Source: Alphaproteobacteria bacterium | GTDB taxonomy: Bacteria; Pseudomonadota; Alphaproteobacteria; UBA6615 | Direction: 5' to 3' | NCBI GenBank assembly: GCA_028822385.1 | Contig: JAPKDV010000001.1 | Location: 4,509 to 68,508 of the forward strand | DNA: 64,000 bases | Shown here: positions 39,429 through 49,100 of the stretch, in pieces | How the letters are laid out: each line of letters starts with the position of its first letter | Position numbering within the stretch: the first letter of the stretch is position 1 | Notes under the pieces: generated by a model | What the model saw: the letters and a program-made list of their open reading frames with translations, nothing else | The model's database searches: none | What the model was told of the DNA's origin: nothing | Made by a program: the position numbers and the translations under genes

Positions 39429-40322
39429 ATGATAGCTGAACTCTTTGTTAACGCTCTGATATCGGGATTGCTTCTTGGTGGTTTTTATGCGGCAATATCT
39501 ATCGGTCTCTCGATTTCATTTGGTCTTCTGGACACTGTAAATATAGCGCACCCGACATTTCTAGTATTGGGAGCATTTCTCGCCTATATTCTGAATTCGG
39601 AGGCCGGTATGGATCCTCTGTTAGCAGGCGTTTTAATGACGCCATTGTTCTTTCTTTTAGGTCTGTTTATTTACTCCGTATATTATCAATTTTTTGAAAA
39701 AACTAGCGCGGAAGCGCTTAGGGGATTAGCCTTTTTCTTTGGTATTCTTTTCATCACCGAAGTGGTGATGATTATGGCGTTTGGTGTGGACCATAGAATG
39801 GTCTCGGCACCTTACGCTAACGGTTCCTTAGGTGGCTCAATTCTTGGTATGGAGTTATCTGTTCCGTATCGGATGTTATCAGTGTTCGTAGTGGCTTCCA
39901 TTATGACGCTTGGCTTGCATTTATTTTTCAGTCGTACGTTTTTTGGACGCGCGTCGAGGGCCGTTCATCAGGACATGCTTGCGCTATCATTGATGGGTGT
40001 TGACCCAATCCGCGTTAAGAGAATCGCTTTTGCAATTGCTTTAGCAACGTGTGGGGTTGGTGGTGCGTTAATGATTATTATGATCCCGATAGAGCCGGCT
40101 GTTGGTCGTTTGTACATCGGAAATGTATTCGCAATTGTTGTATTGGGAGGACTTGGTTCCATCAGCGGTACGCTGATTGCGGCGGTTCTGCTTGGTGTAG
40201 CAGAAAGCGTTGTGTCCACTTTCCTCGGACCATCATGGTCTCCAGCTGTTTCGTTCGGAATATTGCTTGGGGTATTGGCGTTGAAGCCTTCGGGAATGTT
40301 CGGTGTAGGAGATACTCGATGA
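39429..40322 (+). CDS. branched-chain amino acid ABC transporter permease (LivH-like)
   Basis: 297 aa, about 8 TM helices, LivH-family pattern. Confidence 0.8.
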   Translation: MIAELFVNALISGLLLGGFYAAISIGLSISFGLLDTVNIAHPTFLVLGAFLAYILNSEAGMDPLLAGVLMTPLFFLLGLFIYSVYYQFFEKTSAEALRGLAFFFGILFITEVVMIMAFGVDHRMVSAPYANGSLGGSILGMELSVPYRMLSVFVVASIMTLGLHLFFSRTFFGRASRAVHQDMLALSLMGVDPIRVKRIAFAIALATCGVGGALMIIMIPIEPAVGRLYIGNVFAIVVLGGLGSISGTLIAAVLLGVAESVVSTFLGPSWSPAVSFGILLGVLALKPSGMFGVGDTR

Positions 40323-41299
40323 GCTTGATGAGGCAATATAAATTCGAAATTGGGTGTCTAGTGGCCTTAGTCCTAGCCTTCACAATGACGCAGATGGGTC
40401 TTAACCGCTTTGTCTTTTTTGCAGGTTTCGCTGTTCTGCAATATGCGATGATTGCCACTGCCTGGAATATCTTGGGGGGCTACGCTGGTTATATTAATTT
40501 TGGTACAGCCGGTTTTCTTGGTATTGGAAGTTATACAGCCATAGCTCTAATAAATTACAGTGATGCTTCAATTGTAGAACAAATAATTGCTGGGGGAGTG
40601 GTTGCTGGCCTCTTGGGTTTGGGTATCGGATATTTTACCTTAAGATTAAAGGGTGTTTACTTCGCTATTGCTACATTGGCATTGGCCATTGTTGTTGAAA
40701 CTATAGTTAATAACTGGGACTTTGTCGGCGGAGCAGCAGGGGTGTCTATCCTCCCTGCAAGGAATCCGGAATTGTTGGGTGTGTTAGTCGTCCATAAAAA
40801 GCTTGGTGTGTTTAGTAACTATAAGGAATTCTTGTTTTTCTTGATGGCCGCTTTAACTATTATGTCCGTTTGGATTGCGCGAACAATAGAAAAAGGTAAG
40901 CTTGGTCGAGGCCTTAATGCAATTAAAGATAATGAAGAAGCCGCGGAATGCATGGGTGTTCCTACACTTAAGTTAAAATTAATTACAACGACTATAAGCG
41001 GTGGACTTATGGGTATGGCAGGTGCCGTGTTCCCTAGTTATTTAACTTTTGTTGATCCACCTACAGCGTTTAATTTGGAATTCGCTGTGAATTCATTAGC
41101 CATGCCTATGATCGGGGGTACCTTTACCTGGCTTGGGCCGATTCTAGGTGCTGTATTGCTTGGCACAGTTCAGCAAGTCGCGATCGTTACAATTTCTTCA
41201 GAATTAAACTTACTAATTCTTGGGTTGTTACTTGTTATTTTTGTGATAGCAGCTCCCCATGGATTTTTGGGCTGGTTTATGAAAAAAAATAAGCGGTAA
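40319..41299 (+). CDS. branched-chain amino acid ABC transporter permease (LivM-like)
   Basis: Start at ATG 40319 (MSLMRQYKF) overlapping the upstream stop (ATGA); the ORF-track frame starting at 40049 is an over-extension. Confidence 0.75.
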   Translation: MSLMRQYKFEIGCLVALVLAFTMTQMGLNRFVFFAGFAVLQYAMIATAWNILGGYAGYINFGTAGFLGIGSYTAIALINYSDASIVEQIIAGGVVAGLLGLGIGYFTLRLKGVYFAIATLALAIVVETIVNNWDFVGGAAGVSILPARNPELLGVLVVHKKLGVFSNYKEFLFFLMAALTIMSVWIARTIEKGKLGRGLNAIKDNEEAAECMGVPTLKLKLITTTISGGLMGMAGAVFPSYLTFVDPPTAFNLEFAVNSLAMPMIGGTFTWLGPILGAVLLGTVQQVAIVTISSELNLLILGLLLVIFVIAAPHGFLGWFMKKNKR

Positions 41300-41300
41300 G

Positions 41301-42035
41301 GTGCTTGAAATGTCTGAAGTTCTATTAAACATAGAAAACGTTACAAAAACATTTGGTGGATTTACTGCTCTTTCAAAGGTTTCTGCTGCAGTAAAAAAAG
41401 GTGAGCGGTTTGGTCTAATAGGACCAAATGGTTCGGGTAAGACGACTCTTATCAATTGTATCTCTGGTATGCTTCAGAATAATGGTGGGTCCATTATCTT
41501 TGACGGTAAAGATTTAAAAGGCCTACAGCCGCATCAGAGAACAAAGCGGGGTATAGCTCGTACATTTCAAATACCACGCCCTTTCCATTCAATGACTGTA
41601 ATTCAAAACCTTCAAATACCGTTAGAATTTGTTAGTTCGTCTGGCACTTCACAAAAAAATATATCTGAAGAGGCTATGTCAATTCTCGAAGTTATGTCTA
41701 TGGAAGATAAGGCTCACCATGAGACATCAGGATTAACGCAGATAGAGCTTCGTAAGCTTGAATTAGCTAGAGCTATAGCCGTTAAGCCAAAGCTTCTTGT
41801 TTCTGATGAAGCAATGGCGGGTCTTACTGGTAATGAGGTTGATGAAGTTTTGGAAATACTTGTCAAACTGAATGAGGACGGTATGACCATAATTATGATT
41901 GAACATATTATGAGGGCAGTTATGCAGTTTTCTCATCGTATTATATGCTTAGACGCAGGTCAGAAAATCGCAGACGGACTACCTGAGGTCATTGTTAAAG
42001 ATCCAGCTGTAGAACGCGCGTATTTGGGCGTCTGA
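41301..42035 (+). CDS. ABC transporter ATP-binding protein (LivG-like)
   Basis: Walker A GPNGSGKTT, signature and Walker B motifs. Confidence 0.85.
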   Translation: MLEMSEVLLNIENVTKTFGGFTALSKVSAAVKKGERFGLIGPNGSGKTTLINCISGMLQNNGGSIIFDGKDLKGLQPHQRTKRGIARTFQIPRPFHSMTVIQNLQIPLEFVSSSGTSQKNISEEAMSILEVMSMEDKAHHETSGLTQIELRKLELARAIAVKPKLLVSDEAMAGLTGNEVDEVLEILVKLNEDGMTIIMIEHIMRAVMQFSHRIICLDAGQKIADGLPEVIVKDPAVERAYLGV

Positions 42036-42037
42036 CC

Positions 42038-42766
42038 ATGGTAGGAATTGTTGTAGAAAACTTGGTCGCAGGATACGGAAACGTCAGTGTTCTTCATGAC
42101 GTCTCGATTGACGTAGCCGATAAACAGACTGTTGCCCTTCTCGGTACAAATGGAAACGGAAAAAGCACCCTTTTATCGTGTATCGCTGGACTTATTAAAC
42201 CCACAGAGGGCCATATTTTTTTGGTCGATGGTGAAGAGAGAATAGATTTAACATCACTATCTCCGAAGGAAATAGTCGAAGCGGGGGTTTCTATGGTTCC
42301 TGAGGGCAGAAGGCTCTTTCCGCTTTTGACCGTCGAAGAAAATCTCGTTTTGGGAGCATATAGGCTAGAAGCTCGCGCAGTTCGCAACATAACAATGGAT
42401 TACTGTTTTACGTTATTTCCAAGGTTAGCAGAGCGCCGAAGCCAGCAAGCAGGAAGTATGAGTGGCGGAGAACAACAAATGCTTTCTGTAGCTCGCGCGT
42501 TAATGGGTGTACCGAAGCTACTTCTGATTGACGAGCCTTCTGTGGGGTTAGCGCCTATTCTGGTTCAACAGATGATTGAAAAAATAGGTGAACTGAGTAC
42601 AAGTAAAGGGCTAACTGTTTTGATGGCAGAGCAGAACTTTAATCAGGCAATTCGAATTGCGGATAAAGGCTACATAATTGTCCATGGAGAAATAGCTTTT
42701 GCCAGTAAGGATGCAGTAGATCTTCGTGAAAATGAGATGATTAAAAGTTACTATCTTGGTGGTTAA
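42038..42766 (+). CDS. ABC transporter ATP-binding protein (LivF-like)
   Basis: Walker A GTNGNGKST, signature MSGGEQQML, Walker B LLLIDEPS. Confidence 0.85.
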   Translation: MVGIVVENLVAGYGNVSVLHDVSIDVADKQTVALLGTNGNGKSTLLSCIAGLIKPTEGHIFLVDGEERIDLTSLSPKEIVEAGVSMVPEGRRLFPLLTVEENLVLGAYRLEARAVRNITMDYCFTLFPRLAERRSQQAGSMSGGEQQMLSVARALMGVPKLLLIDEPSVGLAPILVQQMIEKIGELSTSKGLTVLMAEQNFNQAIRIADKGYIIVHGEIAFASKDAVDLRENEMIKSYYLGG

Positions 42767-42919
42767 TTTAATTGACCTACCGATAGATTTTACTTTTTAA
42801 TTTTTGAGCCTCATCCACATTACAAAATTTATGTAGCGAGAAAATCCTACTTAGTAGCTGGAGGCCGCTGGTGGCGCCGTCCGGAAGCGCGGTGAATTGT
42901 GTTGCCTTCTCTAAGGTTG

Positions 42920-45259
42920 TCATGCGGCTTTCCGGTTTTGCATGAGCTGCCAGATGCATTCCGGGGTTGCAGGCATATCGATATGGGCAACATTAAAGTC
43001 CCGAAGCGCATCAGCTATCGCCGAGATTAGCACCGGTGGCGCAACGAGGGCTCCTGCTTCGCCCGCACCCTTTACACCAAGGACATTGGTCAGGCAGGGC
43101 ACTTCGTTGGTGTCGAGCTCGATCATCGGCATATCGTCGGCGCGGGGCATGGTGTAGTCCATGAACGAGCTGCTGATCATCTGCCCTGTCTCGGTGTCAT
43201 AAACCGTGTTCTCCATAATTGCCTGGCCGATCCCCTGTGCAACACCGCCATGAACCTGACCGGCAACCAACATCGGATTTATTACGCGGCCCACATCGTC
43301 CATTGCGCAATAACGCATGATATGGATGACGCCTGTGTCCTCCTCGATTTCCAGTTCACAAACATGGCAGCCATTGGGATAGCTCCAGTTTTCAATCGTG
43401 TGGGTGTCCGTGCCAGCAAGGGGGCCTTGCAGTTCCTCGGGGATGTTGGTGGATGTGCGGGCATGTTTAGCAACGTCGAACAGTGTCACTGTACGGTCGG
43501 TACCTGCGACCCGGAATTCTCCATCAGAGTATTCCACATCGACCGATGCAGTCTCCAGCATCTCGGACGCGATCAGCGTGCCTTTACGGATCATATCGTC
43601 CGAGGAGTTGATAGCTGCGACGCTGCCAACATGGCTGGTGCGTGAGCCGTGACTGCCTCCACCGCTGGGAAGATTGTCACTGTCGCTGGTGTCGACATGG
43701 ACCTGGTCGAATTCCACACCGAGTTTTTCAGAAATAAGCTGCATGAATGATGTGTCATGGCCCTGGCCCATCGGCTGGGTTCCCACTTTCACAATAACTG
43801 TATCTTCAGTCACTTCGACTTCGGCAGATTCGGTCGGGTTGCCAGCTGTAGTTTCAAGATATTGACTGATAGCAATACCGCTAAGGCGTCCCCGCTTGCG
43901 GGCGTTTTTGCGCCGCTTCTCGTGACCGTCCCAGTCCGCCATTTTCGCAACCATATCCATATTGTCTTCGAAGGCACCGCTGTCGTAGGTAGTGCCCACG
44001 GCATTGGTGTAGGGGAACTGATCTTTGCCGATCAGGTTGCGGCGACGAATCTCAACCGGGTCGATTCCTAGATCAAAGGCCGCAACGTCCACCAGACGTT
44101 CCATCACATAGACGGCTTCGGGGCGGCCGGCACCACGATAAGGACCCACAGGCGCGGTATTGGTGACAACACATTTCACCTCAACATCCGCAGAAGGCAC
44201 ATCGTAGACGCTGGTTAAAATCTTCGGGCCAATCTGGGTCGGAACCGAGACACCTGCGGAACAGGAATAAGCCCCTATATTAGCAACGGTTTTCACGCGT
44301 ACGGCAAGGAACTTGCCATCCTTGTCGAGAGCGAGTTGGCCATCCGAAATGTGGTCACGTCCGTGCAGATCGCTCAGAAAGGCTTCTGTACGTTCACTGA
44401 TCCATCGAACCGTTCGCCCGAGCCGCTTTGCGGCGACGAGAACCAGAACCTGTTCGGGATAGGGATGGGTCTTCATGCCAAACCCGCCGCCGACATCGTC
44501 AACGAGAACGCGAACCATCGAGGGGTCGCATTTGAGAAATGAATTGGCGATCCAGTCACGCAGCATGTGGCGGTTCTGGTTTGAGGTGTAAACTGTGTAG
44601 CGCCCGCTATCGACGTCGTAGCTACCGATAGCACCGCGCACTTCCATGGAGTTCTGCACGATGCGCTGGTTGACCAGACGCACGGTTGATATATGGGCGG
44701 CGGCCTCGAATGCAGCGGTCGTGGCATCGCTGTCGCCAATCTGTGCTTGGAATAGGAAATTCTTGGGTACTTCATCCCAAAGCTGAATCTCGCCATCATC
44801 CATAGCTGCTGCTGTGTCCACGACGGAAGCTAACGGGCCATAATCGACCTCAATCGCCTCGGATGCATCGCGGGCCTGATCGAGAGTTTCTGCAATGATA
44901 AAGGCAACAGGGTCACCGACATAACGCACGCGATCGGATGTCAGCGCATGTTGCGGCGGGTAAATCAGGGGTGAGCCGTCTGGTTTAGTAAGAGAGGCGA
45001 AGAAGGGCGGCGGTCCGGGGAAGGTGCCAATGCCATCATCCGCTAGGTCTTGCCCGGTCAAAACAGACAAAACACCTGCCATCGTCGCCGCACGTGAGGT
45101 ATCGATCGAAAGAATATCGGCATGGGCGTGCGGGGAGCGCAGGACATAACCTACAGCATCGCCATCGCGGGCAACATCATCGTTGAACTTGCCCCGTCCG
45201 GTCAGAAGACGTGGATCTTCGTTGCGACGCACTGGTTGGCCGACACCGTATTTCGCCAT
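42920..45259 (-). CDS. xanthine dehydrogenase/aldehyde oxidase-family molybdopterin-binding large subunit (CoxL/XdhB-like)
   Basis: About 780 aa from MAKYGVGQPVRRNEDPRLLTGRGKFNDD (the ORF track extends to 45325); a/b-hammerhead and MoCo-binding domains. Confidence 0.8.
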   Translation of the reverse strand: MAKYGVGQPVRRNEDPRLLTGRGKFNDDVARDGDAVGYVLRSPHAHADILSIDTSRAATMAGVLSVLTGQDLADDGIGTFPGPPPFFASLTKPDGSPLIYPPQHALTSDRVRYVGDPVAFIIAETLDQARDASEAIEVDYGPLASVVDTAAAMDDGEIQLWDEVPKNFLFQAQIGDSDATTAAFEAAAHISTVRLVNQRIVQNSMEVRGAIGSYDVDSGRYTVYTSNQNRHMLRDWIANSFLKCDPSMVRVLVDDVGGGFGMKTHPYPEQVLVLVAAKRLGRTVRWISERTEAFLSDLHGRDHISDGQLALDKDGKFLAVRVKTVANIGAYSCSAGVSVPTQIGPKILTSVYDVPSADVEVKCVVTNTAPVGPYRGAGRPEAVYVMERLVDVAAFDLGIDPVEIRRRNLIGKDQFPYTNAVGTTYDSGAFEDNMDMVAKMADWDGHEKRRKNARKRGRLSGIAISQYLETTAGNPTESAEVEVTEDTVIVKVGTQPMGQGHDTSFMQLISEKLGVEFDQVHVDTSDSDNLPSGGGSHGSRTSHVGSVAAINSSDDMIRKGTLIASEMLETASVDVEYSDGEFRVAGTDRTVTLFDVAKHARTSTNIPEELQGPLAGTDTHTIENWSYPNGCHVCELEIEEDTGVIHIMRYCAMDDVGRVINPMLVAGQVHGGVAQGIGQAIMENTVYDTETGQMISSSFMDYTMPRADDMPMIELDTNEVPCLTNVLGVKGAGEAGALVAPPVLISAIADALRDFNVAHIDMPATPECIWQLMQNRKAA

Positions 45260-45358
45260 GGTATTTTCCTCATTAATCCGTGTGTTAAGGTGCGCATCTT
45301 GGAACGAATAGACCACCCGACGCAACGCGTAAGGGGGTTTTCCGGAGGAACATTTTCT

Positions 45359-46306
45359 ATGTCGATTCCCAATCAGCGCACGGTTTACCTAAACGGCGAA
45401 TATATTCCCGAAAACGAGGCTAAACTGCCCTTTCGCGACCGGGGCGTGAAGTATGGCGATGCTGTGTTTGATACTACCCGGACCTTCAGGCACAAAGTTT
45501 TCAAGGTGCGTGAGCATCTGGAGCGGCTTTATCGCTCTTTGCGGTATGTGGGCATCGACCCGGGGCTCTCGATTGAAGAGATGGCTAAAATTACTGAGAA
45601 AATCGTCGAGCGAAATCTTCCCACGATTGGTGCTGATGAAGACCTCTGGGTTTCCCAGCGGATTACGCGGGGGATTGTTGATCCTAACGAACGCAGTGCT
45701 TGGCCCGATTATGTGGGCCCGACCGTTATTGTGGAAAGCCTACCGCTACCGCTGGCCAATCGTGCGAAGCTTTATCGCGACGGGATCGACATGATTGTCT
45801 CTTCCGTGCGTCGCACGGCCCCTGATATGCTGAGCCCGCGCGCTAAAACACACAATTATCTCAATCTTATTATGGCTGATGAGGAAGTTTCGGCTCAGAA
45901 TCCCGAAGCATATGCGCTTATGCTGGACCACAATGGCAATATTGCCGAGGGACGGGGTAGCAATGTCTTCTTCATATCCGAAGGTAAGCTGGTCACGCCT
46001 CATGAACGTTACGTGTTACCGGGCATTAGCCGCCAGACTGTGATGGAACTGGCCGAGAAGATTGGCGTGCCATGTGCGGAAAAAGATTACGATATGTATG
46101 ACGCCTACAACGCGGATGAGGCTTTTATTACCTCAACCAGTTTCTGTATCTGTCCCTGTCGCAGTGTGAACGGTCGTGTCTTCGGGGAAGGTGCAATTCC
46201 GGGGCCGATCACCAAGCATCTAATGGACGCCTATGTGGAATTTGTAGGCTTCGATTGGGTTAGTCAGTACACGCGTTATCCAATCGTCGAAGCCACACGC
46301 CTCTAG
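45359..46306 (+). CDS. class IV aminotransferase (branched-chain amino acid / D-amino acid aminotransferase family)
   Basis: 315 aa from MSIPNQRTVYLNGEYIPENEAKLPFRDRGVKYGDAVFDTTRTF (typical class IV N-terminus); GGAGG RBS upstream; the ORF-track start at 45122 is an over-extension. Confidence 0.75.
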   Translation: MSIPNQRTVYLNGEYIPENEAKLPFRDRGVKYGDAVFDTTRTFRHKVFKVREHLERLYRSLRYVGIDPGLSIEEMAKITEKIVERNLPTIGADEDLWVSQRITRGIVDPNERSAWPDYVGPTVIVESLPLPLANRAKLYRDGIDMIVSSVRRTAPDMLSPRAKTHNYLNLIMADEEVSAQNPEAYALMLDHNGNIAEGRGSNVFFISEGKLVTPHERYVLPGISRQTVMELAEKIGVPCAEKDYDMYDAYNADEAFITSTSFCICPCRSVNGRVFGEGAIPGPITKHLMDAYVEFVGFDWVSQYTRYPIVEATRL

Positions 46307-46309
46307 TCT

Positions 46310-47110
46310 TCAGGGCGTGTGCTTTACGAACCAGTCGGTGAGTGTCGTCATCGATTTATCGTATTCCTCCATCAGGAAAAAGTGGCTCGAATTTTCAAAC
46401 ACAACCGTTTCGGAATTAGCGATCTCAGCGGACAAAATGTCTGTGCCATGCATTGAGCAGATCGGATCCACGCGTCCAGCCATGATCAGGGTCGGGCATG
46501 CGATTTCACCCAAGCGATCAGAGGTGTCATGGGTCAGGGCTGTTTGGTTTAGGTTCACGTAGGAAACCTTGCTGCGCGCCTCATTACCCACCAGTGCTTC
46601 AATCCGCGCCATGGCCTCGGGATTGTCGTTGTAGAAACCGGGTGCAACGAACATGTGAGCAGAATGTCGAGCCCAGTCGGCCCAGTTCTCGCGCCATTCA
46701 AGTACTTCGCGCATGTTTTCCAGGATACGCTTGCCGATAGGATCCACCTGTGGCGTGGATGCAGCAAGAATTAGTGACTGCATCCGATCGGGTGCCTTGA
46801 GGGCCATATGCTGGCCGATGAGGCCTCCGAGCGAGCGCCCTACCACATGGGCCTTCTCAATACTCATATGGTCCAAGAGTGCCAGCATCGTATCGGCGAG
46901 TTCTTCAGTGGTGCAGGGGGCATCTACTGCTGTGCTATCTCCGGAACCTGGATTATCCATGGCAACCACACGGTAGCGGTCCTTGAAAAAATCAAGTTGC
47001 GGCAGCCACGCTGTGTGATCGCCAGCCAGGCCGTGGATCAGAACAACAGGGAACCCATCGCCCTCTTCAACATAGTTCACATCAAATCGGCCACAATTCA
47101 CTTTGGGCAT
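46310..47110 (-). CDS. alpha/beta hydrolase (3-oxoadipate enol-lactonase-like), paralog 1
   Basis: 266 aa; HGLAGDHTAW and nucleophile elbow VVGRSLGG. Confidence 0.75.
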   Translation of the reverse strand: MPKVNCGRFDVNYVEEGDGFPVVLIHGLAGDHTAWLPQLDFFKDRYRVVAMDNPGSGDSTAVDAPCTTEELADTMLALLDHMSIEKAHVVGRSLGGLIGQHMALKAPDRMQSLILAASTPQVDPIGKRILENMREVLEWRENWADWARHSAHMFVAPGFYNDNPEAMARIEALVGNEARSKVSYVNLNQTALTHDTSDRLGEIACPTLIMAGRVDPICSMHGTDILSAEIANSETVVFENSSHFFLMEEYDKSMTTLTDWFVKHTP

Positions 47111-47134
47111 TGTCTAAGTCCTCTTTTTCAGTCT

Positions 47135-47935
47135 TCAGGCTGCGTTTTTATCGAACCAGGCTTCCATGGTGGCCATGGCTTTGGCAGGTTCTTCTATTAG
47201 GAAGAAGTGGCTCGAATCCTTAAATATTTCGAGTGTGGCATTGGGAAGCTTGTCCATCATCCAGTTCTGGGCAGTCATCGAGCAGATCGGGTCGTATTGT
47301 CCGCCCATAACCAACGTCGGGGTCTTAATGTTAGACAACTGATCGAGCGCTTCATGTTCGATACATGCCGTGGCGAGGTGGTCGTAAGAGACCATGTCTC
47401 GGTCTTCACCGCTGACAAGGGCGGTGATTTTTGTCATTAGCTCTTCGTTCTCGTTGAAGAATTTGGGAGCAACGAACAGATACACCGCATGCGGTGCCCA
47501 TTCCGCCCAGCTTTTGCGCCATTTGAGCAATTGCTGCAGGTTCTTGATAACCTGTGCGCCAACCGGATCGAGGCGGGCGAACGAGGCAGCGAGTGCCATG
47601 GACTGTAAGCGTTCGGGAGCCTTGAGAGCCATATGCTGCGCTATAGCCCCACCCATAGAGCGCCCCACGACATGTGCCTTCTCAATGCCAAGTTTTTCCA
47701 TCAATCCGAGTGTTGCGTCAGCCAAGTCGGTAGTACTGACCGGTTCACCCACTAAAGAACTGTCACCTGAGCCCGGGTTGTCGAAGGCGATAACACGATA
47801 TTTTTCTTTCCATGCTGCAATTTGCGGTAGCCAGGCCGTATGGTCTCCGGCAAGTCCATGGATCAGGATTAGGGGAAATCCTTCTCCTTCATCAACGTAG
47901 TTAATGTCGAAACGACCGGTGTTCAGGATGGGCAT
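47135..47935 (-). CDS. alpha/beta hydrolase (3-oxoadipate enol-lactonase-like), paralog 2
   Basis: 266 aa; about 60% identical to the adjacent hydrolase (MPILNTGRFDINYVDEGEGFPLILIHGLAGDHTAW; VVGRSMGG). Confidence 0.75.
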   Translation of the reverse strand: MPILNTGRFDINYVDEGEGFPLILIHGLAGDHTAWLPQIAAWKEKYRVIAFDNPGSGDSSLVGEPVSTTDLADATLGLMEKLGIEKAHVVGRSMGGAIAQHMALKAPERLQSMALAASFARLDPVGAQVIKNLQQLLKWRKSWAEWAPHAVYLFVAPKFFNENEELMTKITALVSGEDRDMVSYDHLATACIEHEALDQLSNIKTPTLVMGGQYDPICSMTAQNWMMDKLPNATLEIFKDSSHFFLIEEPAKAMATMEAWFDKNAA

Positions 47936-48017
47936 TGGTATAACTCCCTACGCAGACAAACGCCGCGAACCGAGAATATCGGGACGCGGCGCCTGTTTGA
48001 AACGTCTGTTATGTGGA

Positions 48018-49094
48018 TTATCGGATACGGTCGCCGTCCGCAGCGAACAGGAAGATCGCGTCGTCGGGAAAGGAGAGTGTCACGTTTGCATGACGCTTTA
48101 CATCCTCGGTTCCCTCAACAACGGAAACAAAAGGGCGAGATTGCTCTGTTTCGAAGTAGAGCAATGTGTCCTTGCCGAGAGGTTCAACCAATTCAACTTC
48201 TCGTTCAAGGGTTGCACCTTGGCCACTGGCGCCAATCACGACATTTTCGGGACGAATTCCAAACGTGCCTTTTCCTGGTGCAACAGCGTTGAATTTAGCT
48301 GGCAGTGGAACATCGAAATGGCCACTCTTAAACTCTAATCCGTCACCACTTTTTACGAATTCACCTTCGATCAAGTTCATCGCTGGATTGCCGAAGAAGT
48401 CAGCAACAAAATATGAGACCGGATCCCCGTAGATTTCTAGTGGTGTTCCCTGCTGTACGATTTTTCCTTGGTTCATAACTATAATCCGGTCAGCCAGTGT
48501 CATGGCTTCTTCCTGATCATGAGTGACGTAGATGAAAGTCTTCTGCAATTCGTCGTGAAGCCGATCACATTCGGCACGAAGTTCGCGACGTAGTTTAGCA
48601 TCCAAGCTAGACAGTGGTTCGTCGAGCAGGAAGTTTGATGGTTCGGTCACAAGGGTACGTGCAAGCGCGATACGCTGTGATTCACCGCCCGAGCACTGAC
48701 CTGGCATTTTTCCGAGAAGATGCGTGATACGCACCAATTCGGCTATTTCCTTGACCCGCCTGGCCTGTTCGTCTTGCGGCACTTTCTGCATACGTAGGCC
48801 AAAAGCGATGTTGTCGGCGACGTTCTTGTGCGGAAAGAGGGCGTGGCTCTGGAACACCATGCCTAAGTCTCGGTCACCCGGTTCCTTTTCGTTGACCACT
48901 TCCCCATCGATCAGGATTTCTCCGTTTGTAGGGTCTTCAAACCCGGCGATCATCCGAAGTGTCGTGGTTTTTCCACAACCCGAGGGTCCGACGAAGACGA
49001 TAAATTCGCCGTCCTCAATTGTCAGGTCCATTTCCTTCACTGCAACAACGTTGCCGTATTCCTTGCGCAGGTTTACGAGTTCTATACGCGACAT
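48018..49094 (-). CDS. ABC transporter ATP-binding protein (MalK/UgpC-type, with C-terminal TOBE-like domain)
   Basis: 358 aa; Walker A GPSGCGKTT, signature CSGGESQR. Confidence 0.85.
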   Translation of the reverse strand: MSRIELVNLRKEYGNVVAVKEMDLTIEDGEFIVFVGPSGCGKTTTLRMIAGFEDPTNGEILIDGEVVNEKEPGDRDLGMVFQSHALFPHKNVADNIAFGLRMQKVPQDEQARRVKEIAELVRITHLLGKMPGQCSGGESQRIALARTLVTEPSNFLLDEPLSSLDAKLRRELRAECDRLHDELQKTFIYVTHDQEEAMTLADRIIVMNQGKIVQQGTPLEIYGDPVSYFVADFFGNPAMNLIEGEFVKSGDGLEFKSGHFDVPLPAKFNAVAPGKGTFGIRPENVVIGASGQGATLEREVELVEPLGKDTLLYFETEQSRPFVSVVEGTEDVKRHANVTLSFPDDAIFLFAADGDRIR

Positions 49095-49100
49095 GGCTCG

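Noticed and set aside
40049-40318. N-terminal 90 codons of the ORF-track entry 40049-41299
   Set aside because: This frame overlaps the LivH-like permease (39429-40322). The LivM-like protein more plausibly starts at the ATG at 40319, which gives the classic ATGA stop/start coupling.
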